NCBI GenBank assembly: GCA_003056145.1
Contig: LSNL01000002.1
Coordinates: 36,369 to 100,368 of the forward strand
Length of the DNA stretch: 64,000 bases
From: Parcubacteria group bacterium M10-OD1-1
GTDB taxonomy: Bacteria; Patescibacteriota; Minisyncoccia; Moranbacterales; UBA2206
Direction of reading: 5' to 3'
A program made the position numbers and the translations under genes. A model generated the notes under the pieces. It worked only from the letters and a program-made list of their open reading frames with translations. It had not been told where the DNA came from and did no database searches. Shown one piece after another: positions 1-9,865 of the stretch. Positions within the stretch are counted from its first letter, which is position 1, and every line of letters begins with the position of its first letter.

Positions 1-507
1 GAAGAGGCAACAAGTAAGGTGGGCAATTGGATGCGTCAACGGTCGCGTTGGATTAAGGGATATATGCAGACTTATTTGGTGCATATGCGTCATCCGCACG
101 AGTTTTTGACGGATTTTAAAAATCCACACATCATAACTTTTCAATTAGTAGTAGGCGGGAAAGTACTTTCAATGTTTATCAATCCTTTGATGTGGCTTAT
201 TACAATTTTATATTTTTCTATGCGTGCGACTATAGGACCGCTTATTAAACCTCTTTTTCCTGATGTGATTTTATACATCGCAGTTTTTTCTTTGGTTTTC
301 GGAAATTTTCTATATGTTTATTATTATATGATTGGTTGTGCTAAAAGAGAGCAATGGGATTTGATAAAATATGTTTTTTTGGTGCCGGTATATTGGTTAA
401 TGATGAGTGTGGCTGCTTGGAAAGCGTTATGGCAACTGATTTTCAAACCGCATTATTGGGAAAAAACAGTGCATGGGTTTCATTTGGGTAAGGAAAAAAA
501 TATTTAA
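1..507 (+). CDS. Partial (5'-truncated at window edge) GT2 family processive glycosyltransferase, C-terminal part
   Basis: The reading frame is open from position 1. It contains the QRSRWIKG (QxxRW) motif typical of cellulose/chitin-synthase-like GT2 enzymes, followed by C-terminal transmembrane helices. Confidence 0.5.
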   Translation, partial: EEATSKVGNWMRQRSRWIKGYMQTYLVHMRHPHEFLTDFKNPHIITFQLVVGGKVLSMFINPLMWLITILYFSMRATIGPLIKPLFPDVILYIAVFSLVFGNFLYVYYYMIGCAKREQWDLIKYVFLVPVYWLMMSVAAWKALWQLIFKPHYWEKTVHGFHLGKEKNI

Positions 508-508
508 T

Positions 509-2065
509 ATGATGGATAAAATAAAACAATTTTTTTCCGACCATGATATCCTTATTTTGACATTGGTGGCGTCTGCTTTTAGTATTGGTAGTTTTTTATA
601 TTATTATCATGCTGGACTTATTACGGCATATGGAGATTCACGTGGGCATCTTGATATTGCCCGCCGTGTTGTGGATTCTCTTACCCCTGGAGTGGCGCAA
701 TTAGGCGGATATTGGTTACCATTGCTTCATATTCTGATGCTTCCAACTATTTGGAATAATTTTATGTGGCAATCAGGGCTTTCGGGGTCTATTCCAAGTA
801 TGGTTGCATTTGTTTTAACGGTTGTGTTTATGTACAAATTAGTTTTTTATATTGCTAAAGATAAGTTTTCAGCAGTTATCGCAGCATCTGTTATCATGTT
901 AAATGCGAATCTGCTTTATATGCAAGTTGTGCCGATGACAGAATCATTATTTGTTTGCACTATTACTATATTCATGTATTTTTTCTATAAATGGTTTCAG
1001 GAAAAAAACATTTCCGATCTTATTTTGGCGGCGTTTTTTTTGATTCTATCTTCTTTAAATAGGTATGAAGGATGGGGATTAGTTATTGCGAGTAGTGTTT
1101 TGTTGGTTTTATATTGGGCGCAAAACAAATTTAGCAAAAAAATAGAAGGGGTGATAATAATGTTTTCTACTTTATCATTCCTTGGAATTTTTATGTGGCT
1201 TTTGTGGGGTGCTGTTATCTTTCATGATCCTTTGGAATTTATGCATAATGCTTTGAGCGCAGGCAATCAAACATCTATAGTGGACGCCAATTGGACAGGA
1301 GTAAACAATATTGGAAAAGCAACTATGGTGAATGTTTATGCGATTATTCATACTTCTGGAGGCTTATTGCTTGGGTTGTGCGTTCTAGGCTTCATTATCT
1401 TTTTTATTCGGAAAAAGAAGCATTTTTTAAAAAGTGAAAATCTTATATTGCTTTTACTTATTGTGCCAATGCTATTCGATATTCTAACCGTGTATACTGG
1501 AAAAGTGCCAATTGAAGTGCCAGAGTTATCTAAGATTTCTTTCCCTGGAAATTATTTTAATATACGCTACGCACTTTATAGTCTTCCTTTTATTGCAATT
1601 TTTTCCTCTATAATAAGTAAAAAAAGAATTGTACAAGTTGTTATTTTTTCGTTTATTCTAATTAATTATTCGTTACTGGGCTTTTGTAAAAATAGCAACA
1701 TTGTTGTATTAACGGGTGCTGGTATTTCTCTTAAAGATGGGAGAGAGCAGGCATATGAAGGAGCTGTTGATTGGTTTAAGCATAATTATGATGGTGGGTT
1801 GGTTCTGGCGAGTACTGGAAGTAACGATGGTCTTATGCTGGAAACAGGGATTGATCAGAAATTTTTTATTACCGAAGGTACTTATAAATATTGGGACGAA
1901 TCGTTAAAAGATCCTTCGGAATATGCGACATGGGTTATTTTTTCTAATAATAATCCTAGGGATGCTGTCAATAAAAATGTTAACAAGAAAACTTTATTTG
2001 AAAACTTCGAAATAGTAGAGAAGTATAATAATTTATTGATTATGAAAAAAATAGGAACGAATTGA
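509..2065 (+). CDS. Polytopic membrane glycosyltransferase, GT-C fold (ArnT/PMT-like), paralog A
   Basis: Many transmembrane helices. The N-terminal block HLDIARRVVDSLTPGVAQLGGYWLPLLHILMLPTIWNNFMWQSGLSGS is nearly identical to that of the 6688..8256 protein. ATG at 509 with AGGAAAAAAA RBS; the track ORF starts upstream at 473 and overlaps the previous gene. Confidence 0.5.
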   Translation: MMDKIKQFFSDHDILILTLVASAFSIGSFLYYYHAGLITAYGDSRGHLDIARRVVDSLTPGVAQLGGYWLPLLHILMLPTIWNNFMWQSGLSGSIPSMVAFVLTVVFMYKLVFYIAKDKFSAVIAASVIMLNANLLYMQVVPMTESLFVCTITIFMYFFYKWFQEKNISDLILAAFFLILSSLNRYEGWGLVIASSVLLVLYWAQNKFSKKIEGVIIMFSTLSFLGIFMWLLWGAVIFHDPLEFMHNALSAGNQTSIVDANWTGVNNIGKATMVNVYAIIHTSGGLLLGLCVLGFIIFFIRKKKHFLKSENLILLLLIVPMLFDILTVYTGKVPIEVPELSKISFPGNYFNIRYALYSLPFIAIFSSIISKKRIVQVVIFSFILINYSLLGFCKNSNIVVLTGAGISLKDGREQAYEGAVDWFKHNYDGGLVLASTGSNDGLMLETGIDQKFFITEGTYKYWDESLKDPSEYATWVIFSNNNPRDAVNKNVNKKTLFENFEIVEKYNNLLIMKKIGTN

Positions 2066-2093
2066 GATATTAATAAGGTAACAATTTTATATT

Positions 2094-3044
2094 ATGAATG
2101 AAAACAATAAAAGTATATCAATAATTATTCCAGTCTATAACGAAGCGGAAAGCCTGAAAACTCTTTGCGATGAAATTGTTTCGGCATTTTCTTCGTTGTT
2201 GAATGAATACGAGATTATTTTTATCAATGATGGAAGCTCGGATGACAGTCAAGAAATTCTTGAAGAAATTGCCAAGCAACGCAATGATAAAAATATTCGC
2301 GTCGTTGAGTTAAAAAAAAATTCCGGCAAGGCAACTGCGCTTGATTTGGGATTTTCATTGGCAAGGAGAGATGTTATAATAACAATGGACGCGGATCTGC
2401 AGGATGATCCAAAAGAAATATTTAGATTTATTGAAAAAATTAATGAGGGATATGATATTGTTTCCGGATGGAAAAACAATAGAAAAGATTCTTTCATAAA
2501 AAATAAAACCTCAAAGATTTACAATTTCTGTACTTCTTTTTTAAGTGGTCTTTGGTTGCATGATCATAATTGCGGATTTAAAGCGTACAAAAGTGAAGCC
2601 GTAAAAGACATAGAACTTTACGGACAATTACATCGGTATATTCCTGTGTTGGCACGGGCTAATGGTTATGGAAAAATTACAGAGATTAAAGTACACCATA
2701 GAAAAAGAATTTTTGGAACGACAAAATACGGTCCCAAAAGGTTTCTGCACGGTTTTTTGGATTTGTTGACAGTGTTTTTTATTACAAAATATAAGACAAG
2801 TCCGCTACATTTTTTTGGTTCAATTAGCATGATTTTTTTTGGGTCTGGCTTTACAATTGGAATTTATCTTACTTATTTGCGTGTTTTTGAAAATGCTAAA
2901 ATAGGAGATCGTCCATTGTTGTTTTTAGCTGTTCTTTTGATAGTTGTTGGAGTGCAAATTGGGACAATTGGTTTGATAAGCGAACAAATAACGCATACTA
3001 CTAAAAAAGTGCCAAGAGATTCTATAATTAAAAAAATAATATGA
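2094..3044 (+). CDS. GT2 polyprenol-phosphate glycosyltransferase (DPM1/ArnC/GtrB-like)
   Basis: IIIPVYNEAESL start, DAD(LQDDP) DxD motif, C-terminal 2-TM anchor. Typical dolichol/undecaprenol-phosphate sugar transferase architecture. Confidence 0.8.
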   Translation: MNENNKSISIIIPVYNEAESLKTLCDEIVSAFSSLLNEYEIIFINDGSSDDSQEILEEIAKQRNDKNIRVVELKKNSGKATALDLGFSLARRDVIITMDADLQDDPKEIFRFIEKINEGYDIVSGWKNNRKDSFIKNKTSKIYNFCTSFLSGLWLHDHNCGFKAYKSEAVKDIELYGQLHRYIPVLARANGYGKITEIKVHHRKRIFGTTKYGPKRFLHGFLDLLTVFFITKYKTSPLHFFGSISMIFFGSGFTIGIYLTYLRVFENAKIGDRPLLFLAVLLIVVGVQIGTIGLISEQITHTTKKVPRDSIIKKII

Positions 3045-3640
3045 ACAATGCAACTGACAATTTTAAAAAACATACAAGCAAGAATTTTCTTCAGAGATGG
3101 CTGATTAATAATTTTTACGATGTATTGATATCAATCGTAACCAAGTTAAATTCAGAGAGTATCTTGGATGTTGGCTGTGGCGAGGGTTTTACCTTGTCGT
3201 TACTGGCGAAAAAAAATGTTGACAAAACTCTTGAAGGAATAGATAGTTCTGTTGTTGCAATAAACATTGGGAAAACCCTTTTTCCTAAAATTTCCCTGAA
3301 AACGGGGGATATTTATAATTTGCCATATGAACATGATTCTTTTGAGCTGGTGATATGTTCGGAAGTTCTCGAGCACCTCGAAGACCCGGGTCGAGCGTTA
3401 CAAGAATTAAAAAGGGTGTCGAAAAAATATTGTTTATTTTCTGTTCCCAATGAGCCAATATTTAGACTTGCGAACTTTTTCAGAGGAAAAAATATCTCAA
3501 GATGGGGTAATGACATAGAACACATTAACCATTGGAGTATCCATGAATTCTCTGATTTTATTGGGGGAAAATTGAAAATTTTAGAAAAGAGATTACCGTT
3601 TCCTTGGATTATGGTTTTGGCGAAAAAAAATAATTTATAG
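3041..3640 (+). CDS. Class I SAM-dependent methyltransferase
   Basis: LDVGCGEGF motif I and an acidic motif II (ELVICSEVLEHL). Overlaps the upstream stop by 4 nt, suggesting an operon. Confidence 0.7.
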   Translation: MNNATDNFKKHTSKNFLQRWLINNFYDVLISIVTKLNSESILDVGCGEGFTLSLLAKKNVDKTLEGIDSSVVAINIGKTLFPKISLKTGDIYNLPYEHDSFELVICSEVLEHLEDPGRALQELKRVSKKYCLFSVPNEPIFRLANFFRGKNISRWGNDIEHINHWSIHEFSDFIGGKLKILEKRLPFPWIMVLAKKNNL

Positions 3641-3649
3641 AATTAACAT

Positions 3650-3949
3650 ATGTCGGTTATTATTAAAATTATTTCCTATTTCAAGGATCCTTGGACGATA
3701 TTCGGTCTTTTTGCTCAGTTTATATTTTTTTTACGCTTCATCTTGCAATGGTATCTGTCAGAGAAGCATAAAAAAATTGTAATTCCTAAACTTTTTTGGC
3801 ATTTGAGCATACTTGGATCAATATTAATTCTGATTTATTCGATACACAGAAATGATCCAGTTTTTATCACAGCTGGATTTCTTCAAATAATTATTTTTTC
3901 AAGGAGTCTGGTTATTTATAAAAAGAATGAAAAATTAGACAAAAAATAA
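3650..3949 (+). CDS. Small integral membrane protein (3 TM), unknown function, in glycosylation operon
   Basis: 99 aa and hydrophobic. Sits last in the GT2-MTase operon, followed by a terminator hairpin. Confidence 0.4.
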   Translation: MSVIIKIISYFKDPWTIFGLFAQFIFFLRFILQWYLSEKHKKIVIPKLFWHLSILGSILILIYSIHRNDPVFITAGFLQIIIFSRSLVIYKKNEKLDKK

Positions 3950-3973
3950 TTCTTATTCAAAATTTAAAATCCT

Positions 3974-4006
3974 CATCTACAGAGTTAACTCTGTAGATGG
4001 TTTTTT
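3974..4006 (+). terminator. Rho-independent terminator
   Basis: Perfect 11-bp stem CATCTACAGAG/CTCTGTAGATG with TTAA loop, followed by TTTTTT. Confidence 0.55.
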
Positions 4007-4531
4007 GAGTGGGATAGAGAAGTTAATAATATTTTACAAAAGAGTTCGTTGATAATTATGGAAAAGTATGCTATAATTCCAAATAATAAGAAACAAGAAT
4101 CGAAAAATCATAATTCGAAAACAAAAATAAATTTTGCTGAACAGCCGTTTGGCTTAAAAAATAATATTTTAAAACTAAACTAAACTAAACTAAAACCAAT
4201 AATTTAAAATCAATTATTCTATTTGAGAGACAAAGAAGTTGTTCGGTAAATTAATTTACTGCATAATTTTTTTGTCTCTTTTGTTTTGATAAATAAAATT
4301 GAAATATTCAATTTATTAATAAATAATGCCAGATAGAAAGGCTGGTAAAAATATACAAATATGAAAAACTGCACAAAGAAGCCAAAATGCAAATCATCAG
4401 CTAAGAAAAAAACTGTCAGTGTTAAGGCGTATAAAAGAAGAAAAAAATGTTAGGGTTATAAAAATTATTAGCTATGAAAAATTGTCGTAATTTCTAAGGT
4501 TATATTAATTCAATTTATTAATCGAAAACGA

Positions 4532-5038
4532 TTGCTAGAAAAAAATAATGTGAATAAAATAGCAAAGAAAAATATATATTTTGTATTAATATTTATTGCG
4601 ACAGTTTTTTTATTTTCAGGTTGTGATAGTGATATAGGAAATGTTCAGCCAGCAACAAATATTCAAAAAACAACTCAAGTTCAGGGGGTAGCGACAGAAA
4701 ATAAAAAAGATATTCAACCAGTTGCAAATATTAATGAAAAAAATCAAGTACAACAAGAAAAGATAGTAAATAATAATGACAATGTTAAGTTAGAAAAACA
4801 AAAGAGTCTAAAATTAAAAGAGAAGAAAACCTATAAGACAAAAGAAAGAGCAGTTTCAGCTGTTAAACCAAAAACTTGTGGAGATGATTATTATGTGAAT
4901 GTTAGTGGCAATTGTGTTCATCGTCCAAGTAGTAATCCTTCAGGAGCTTCAGCTAAATGTAGAGATGGATCGTATAGTTATAGTCAACATAGAAGAGGAA
5001 CTTGTTCCGGTCATGGAGGTGTAGCTCAATGGCTTTAA
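4532..5038 (+). CDS. Predicted lipoprotein with Cys/Gly-rich C-terminal domain (DUF3761-like)
   Basis: Signal peptide ending in the lipobox LFSGC. C-terminus is CGDDYYVNVSGNCVHRP...CRDGSYSYSQHRRGTCSGHGGVAQWL. The start codon is uncertain: TTG at 4532, or GTG at 4550. Confidence 0.45.
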   Translation: MLEKNNVNKIAKKNIYFVLIFIATVFLFSGCDSDIGNVQPATNIQKTTQVQGVATENKKDIQPVANINEKNQVQQEKIVNNNDNVKLEKQKSLKLKEKKTYKTKERAVSAVKPKTCGDDYYVNVSGNCVHRPSSNPSGASAKCRDGSYSYSQHRRGTCSGHGGVAQWL

Positions 5039-5414
5039 GCTATTATCTACAGAATTTCCTCCCAAGGCGGATAAAAACTCTGGTGGACTTGTCTGCGAGG
5101 TGGTCAACATATGTTGTAATAGACAGACTATTGACATAATAACCTAGCATAAATTAGGGTATTATAATCCTTTAAATCACATAGAATTTGAAGAATAGCT
5201 TAGCTGATAATTAAAAAAGTAATAAAATGTTGATAAAAAGAACAATACAGGATTATGTCGAGGATTATGATGGGGGACTGCACACCTATGAAATTAAGTG
5301 GAATAGTAAGAAAAAAGTAGTTACACCAAAAAAATGGAAAGATAATTATCCAATCGGATGATTTGAGACTGGGCTTGTTAAAAATGATTATGATATGCTA
5401 GACTTTAAATAGGT

Positions 5415-6233
5415 ATGAATATTGAATATAGTAAAATTTATAACATTCTGCAAATAAAAGACAACATTTTGGTATTTGATTTTCAAAATGTTGGTTTTTT
5501 GAATACTTTTGAAATCGTTGAATTGTTTTCTCTGGCGGTTTCCAGTTTATTTAGTGGAGATAAATACAAGATAATCAATGAAACTAAAGCAAGCAGTCAT
5601 TTAAAAAGAATTAATTTTTTTCCTGTTTTTGAAAAAATGAGAAATATTCCAGCATATGAAGAGGCTAGTTTCTCAACTGGTAACAGTAATAGACTTATAG
5701 AATTGCATAATTATGAACATAAAGAACAATTTTATGGTGATTATGATAAAATTTTTATAATGCTTAAAAATATTGGATTAACAGATGAAACTACTTCTTT
5801 AGTTGCTTCTTCACTGGGTGAAGTAGTGGATAATGCTTTTTTGCATAATCTTGGAATGTGGCCATTGAATATAAGTGGTAGATCAATATTGTTGGCACAG
5901 AATTTTCCACAGAAAAAAGAGTTGTGTTTTTCTTATTGTGATTTCGGTGTTGGCTTTCGAGCTACATTGCTAGAAAATTATCCTGAATTAAAAAATAATT
6001 TTGAAGCTATAAAATTGGCTATGGAAGAAAATGTAACATCACGATTTCCACGAAGAGGCGGAAACGGCTTGAATTATTTACAAAAAAATATTTTCAACGG
6101 ATTTAAAGGTGAATTATTGGTGCGTTCAGGCGAAGCATTGGTTAATGTGCGTAGTCAAGGAGATGTTGAATTAGTTGATAACAATGTGCAAGTTGGTTTT
6201 GGTTCAAACATATTTTTCTCATTAAAATATTAA
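5415..6233 (+). CDS. GHKL-superfamily ATPase-like protein (HATPase_c-like; SpoIIAB/anti-sigma-kinase-like core) with unknown N-terminal region
   Basis: N-box-like EVVDNAFLHN, G1-like DFGVGF and G2-like GGNGL motifs in the C-terminal 150 aa. Confidence 0.45.
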   Translation: MNIEYSKIYNILQIKDNILVFDFQNVGFLNTFEIVELFSLAVSSLFSGDKYKIINETKASSHLKRINFFPVFEKMRNIPAYEEASFSTGNSNRLIELHNYEHKEQFYGDYDKIFIMLKNIGLTDETTSLVASSLGEVVDNAFLHNLGMWPLNISGRSILLAQNFPQKKELCFSYCDFGVGFRATLLENYPELKNNFEAIKLAMEENVTSRFPRRGGNGLNYLQKNIFNGFKGELLVRSGEALVNVRSQGDVELVDNNVQVGFGSNIFFSLKY

Positions 6234-6237
6234 AATT

Positions 6238-6540
6238 ATGAAAACAATTGAAATGAAAAAATTTGGAAAATACTTAGCTGGTCGTGAAGCCGGCAAGCAT
6301 GCCTATGATTTTTTTATAAAAGAAATCGAAAAGATGCCGAAAGATGAAAAAATATTTTGCAATTTTCAGGATGTTTTGCTTTTAGCACCGTCTTATTGTG
6401 ATGAACTTTTTGGTGAAATTCAAGAAAATTTGCCAGATAAGCTTGTAATTGATAAGAATATTGGCAATGCTTTGAAAAAAGCTTTTGATACTGTAGCAGA
6501 GGTGAGGGATTTAGAATTTATGTATGGTGAAAGTGAATAA
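6238..6540 (+). CDS. Small STAS-like (SpoIIAA/DUF4325-like) protein
   Basis: 100 aa, starts 4 nt after the GHKL gene stop. Size and alternating hydrophobic pattern fit STAS-like anti-anti-sigma-type domains. Confidence 0.35.
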   Translation: MKTIEMKKFGKYLAGREAGKHAYDFFIKEIEKMPKDEKIFCNFQDVLLLAPSYCDELFGEIQENLPDKLVIDKNIGNALKKAFDTVAEVRDLEFMYGESE

Positions 6541-6687
6541 TCCATTTTTTGCAATCAATTTTTTTTGAGTGCAGGTTTTAGTTGTGATAAAATTTATTTA
6601 ACTCAAAAGTTGGAAATTGCTGTGGACAAAACTAGAAAAAGAATTATTATTAAAGACTGGGAGGAGTAAGTGAATAAAAGTAATTAA

Positions 6688-8256
6688 ATGTCAGATAGTA
6701 TAAAGAAGAGAAGAGTATTATCATCAAAAACTCAAACAATTATTTTGGCTGTGGTTTTGTCAATTATTTCTATAAGTGCTTTTGTTTATTATTACCAAAA
6801 TGGGCTGAGCCTGGCTTTCAGCGATTCAATGTCGCATCTCAATATTGCCCGGCGCGTCGTTGATAGTCTCACTCCCGGTTTTGCGCAAATAGGAAGCATT
6901 TGGCTGCCATTGCCTCACCTCCTAATGCTTGCCACTGTATGGAATAACTTCATGTGGCATTCCGGACTTTCTGGATCGTTAATCAGTATGATTTCCTATG
7001 TCGTCACCGGAGTTTTGATTTTCAAACTGCTCAAAGAGCTTAGGGTTAATGCGTTAGGAAGAATTGCCGGTGTGGCAATTTTTGCTTTGAACCCGAACAT
7101 TCTCTATCTTCAGTCAACTGCCATGACTGAACTTTTGCTTTTGGCAACAATGATGGCTGGCGCATACTATTTTTTTCTATGGCTAGAAAAAAGTGATGAC
7201 CTGCTTCTTATAAAATCCGCCTTTTGGATTATGCTTTCCACTCTTGTGCGCTATGACGGTTGGTTTCTTCTTTTGTTTGAATCTATATTTCTTCTTTTGC
7301 TCATATGGAAAGAAAAAGGATGGAAAAAAGCAGAGGGTAATTTTTTGGCATTTTGTTTTTTGGGCGGGTTTGGTATTTTTTTGTGGGTGGTGTGGAACTG
7401 GGCGATTTTTGGAGATCCGCTTTATTTCGCATTTGGACCATTTTCCGCACACACCCAACAAGAAAATTTTTCCGTCAATGGACTACTCCTTACTCAGTAT
7501 AATATGTTTTTATCAACAAAAATATATACTATCGCAGTTGAATTTTGCACGGGCTTGCCTATGCTCATCTTGACATCTGTGGGAGTATTGTGGGTATATC
7601 TGAATAAAAATATTGTCGGTAAGATAAAACTGGCATTATTGCTTTTTACCATACCATTCTTCTTTAATATAATTGCTCTCTATTTTGGTCATTCAATTTT
7701 ATTTATGCCTCATATTTTGGGTTCGGGCTGGTTTAATGTTCGCTACGGCGTAATGTGTATTCCGATGATCGCCATATTTGTAGCTCTGCTGATGAATTTT
7801 AAAAATAAAGTTTTTCAAGTTATCCTATCTATTTTTATTATCGTGGCTATCATATTTCCTTTTTCATATGAGCCAGTGACCCTGCAGGATGCGAAAGAAG
7901 GAATGGCTCGCAAAGATCTTCGGGCTGCTGGACACTGGTTGGCTGGCAATGCCACTAATCCGAATGAAGAAATTCTTATTTCGTCTGCCGCTAATGATCC
8001 GATCGTTTTTCTTTCTGGCTTTCCAATAAAGAGATTTATCTATGAAGGCTCGGGGAAATATTGGATTGAGTCAATGAAAAACCCTGCTGAATATGCGACA
8101 TGGGTATTTGTTGATAAGAAAAATTCAATGGATTCTGTTGCAACGAAATTATGGAAGACTGGAATTTTGCAGAAAAAATTTAATTTGGTCCATGAAGATG
8201 AATGGTTTTTGTATTATAAAATTAAGAGTAGTCCGGATAAAAAAATAGGAAATTAA
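6688..8256 (+). CDS. Polytopic membrane glycosyltransferase, GT-C fold (ArnT/PMT-like), paralog B
   Basis: The block HLNIARRVVDSLTPGFAQIGSIWLPLPHLLMLATVWNNFMWHSGLSGS and the C-terminal AEYATWVF motif are shared with the 509..2065 protein. Confidence 0.5.
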   Translation: MSDSIKKRRVLSSKTQTIILAVVLSIISISAFVYYYQNGLSLAFSDSMSHLNIARRVVDSLTPGFAQIGSIWLPLPHLLMLATVWNNFMWHSGLSGSLISMISYVVTGVLIFKLLKELRVNALGRIAGVAIFALNPNILYLQSTAMTELLLLATMMAGAYYFFLWLEKSDDLLLIKSAFWIMLSTLVRYDGWFLLLFESIFLLLLIWKEKGWKKAEGNFLAFCFLGGFGIFLWVVWNWAIFGDPLYFAFGPFSAHTQQENFSVNGLLLTQYNMFLSTKIYTIAVEFCTGLPMLILTSVGVLWVYLNKNIVGKIKLALLLFTIPFFFNIIALYFGHSILFMPHILGSGWFNVRYGVMCIPMIAIFVALLMNFKNKVFQVILSIFIIVAIIFPFSYEPVTLQDAKEGMARKDLRAAGHWLAGNATNPNEEILISSAANDPIVFLSGFPIKRFIYEGSGKYWIESMKNPAEYATWVFVDKKNSMDSVATKLWKTGILQKKFNLVHEDEWFLYYKIKSSPDKKIGN

Positions 8257-8282
8257 ATTACTGATATTTTTTTCGAAAGTTT

Positions 8283-9542
8283 ATGCGTAGAATTTTAATT
8301 TTGTTAGCGATTGTAGGGGCAGTTTTTTTTGTCATACACAATCATTCCTTACATATTTTTCCCAAAAAAACTTTCACCACTCAACTAAGATTGCCTATAG
8401 CTTTGCCAAATTTTCCGAAACTGCCGGAAAATACTTGGAGTATTCAATCAATTGATACGATGAAATATTCAAGGGACGTGGCTAGGTTAAAGGCAAAAGA
8501 CTTAGCTTTTCTAGGTGTAATTAATGGTCAGATGAAAAATATTGCCAATACTGGCGCTAATTATGTTGCCATTGATACTCCATATGACCAAGAGTTCTTT
8601 CCTATGCTTCAAAAGTGGGTGGCGGTTGCCAGAAAATATAATCTACATGTGTGGTTCCGTGGTAATTGGTCAGGATGGGAAGGTTGGTTTAACTATCCAA
8701 AGAATTTAAGCAGACAGGAACATATTCAGAAGAGCAAAAATTTTATATTAAGACATCCTGATATTTTTTCTGACGGGGATATTTTTTCTAGCTGTCCTGA
8801 ATGTGAAAATGGTGGCCCAGGCGATCCGCGTCATACAGGTGATATCACGGGATTTCGCAATTTTATGGTGTCTGAATACAAGATAGAGAAGGATGCTTTT
8901 AAAAAAATTGGAAAAAAAGTTTCGGCAAATTATTATCCGATGAATAGAGATGTGGCAAAGATAGTGATGGACAAAAGCACAACTGCGGCGATGGGTGGTA
9001 TCGTGGTTGTCGATCATTATATAAAATCGCCTCAGCAATACGCAATAGATTTGAAGAATTTGCAACATTTGACAGGTGGAAAAATTGTGTTGGGGGAATT
9101 TGGCGCGCCCATTCCTGATATTCATGGGAAAATGACGAAGGGTCAGCAAGCGCAGTGGATTGATGATGTACTGAATAATTTGAGTGGAGTTGATGGCATT
9201 GAGGGCGTGAACTATTGGGTGAATGCGGGAGGTACTACCTCAATTTGGGATGCAAAAGGGGGAGCCTCTGCTGCTGTTTCGGTTTTGGAAAAATATTTCA
9301 AAGCCAAAAATTCCTATGGCATCGTGACGGATGAGATGAATCGTCCAATCGGCGGAGCAAAAATTTCTTTTCAGGATAAGAATGTATTTTCTCAAGATAA
9401 CGGGTATTTTGAGATTAGATTTATAGAAAATTTTCCGATCAATGTGGTTGTATCAGCTGCCGGATTTTCAAATAAGAATTTTGAAATTAAAGGCAATAAC
9501 AAGCAGTTGCAACTTATTTTGCAACAGAAAAAATTGCAATAA
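8283..9542 (+). CDS. Membrane-anchored extracellular protein, possible TIM-barrel glycoside hydrolase with C-terminal carboxypeptidase-regulatory-like beta domain
   Basis: N-terminal TM helix. Trp-rich central region (WFRGNWSGWEGWF). C-terminal YGIVTDEMNRPIGGAKISF resembles a CarbopepD_reg-type fold. Confidence 0.3.
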   Translation: MRRILILLAIVGAVFFVIHNHSLHIFPKKTFTTQLRLPIALPNFPKLPENTWSIQSIDTMKYSRDVARLKAKDLAFLGVINGQMKNIANTGANYVAIDTPYDQEFFPMLQKWVAVARKYNLHVWFRGNWSGWEGWFNYPKNLSRQEHIQKSKNFILRHPDIFSDGDIFSSCPECENGGPGDPRHTGDITGFRNFMVSEYKIEKDAFKKIGKKVSANYYPMNRDVAKIVMDKSTTAAMGGIVVVDHYIKSPQQYAIDLKNLQHLTGGKIVLGEFGAPIPDIHGKMTKGQQAQWIDDVLNNLSGVDGIEGVNYWVNAGGTTSIWDAKGGASAAVSVLEKYFKAKNSYGIVTDEMNRPIGGAKISFQDKNVFSQDNGYFEIRFIENFPINVVVSAAGFSNKNFEIKGNNKQLQLILQQKKLQ

Positions 9543-9865
9543 TTGATTCTTGGGGAAAAATAAATTTTTATGATATGAGCTGGCTTTGGTTCGGACTGCA
9601 TTTTTATGAAAAAGAGTTAGATAATGATATGATGAAAATGAAATAGAAATCTTTATGGTTTTTAATTTTGGAATATAAAAAAAAATATAGACAATTCTTT
9701 TAGATTTTCTTCTAAAAAATTTACTAGAAGCCTTAATGATGGATGTAAAAACTATTCTTTAGTGGTGGTAAGAAATTTGACTGGATAAGTTTGTTATTAT
9801 AAACTAAAGAGAACGCAAGTTGAACTTTTCTTATTTGTCTTAAGGGCACTTGGTTAACTAAAAAT

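Noticed and set aside
3974-4006. Hairpin CATCTACAGAG...CTCTGTAGATG resembles the Cas12a repeat stem (TCTAC...GTAGAT). Considered as an orphan repeat or mini-array.
   Set aside because: Only the short palindromic core matches. The 5' part of the repeat (CTCAAATAGACTTATCAAATT) is absent. The position and T-tract fit an ordinary intrinsic terminator.
7183-7573. Overlapping ORFs (7183..7461 on the minus strand, 7244..7573 on the plus strand) inside the GT-C gene.
   Set aside because: They are alternative-frame artefacts within a confidently coding membrane-protein gene.
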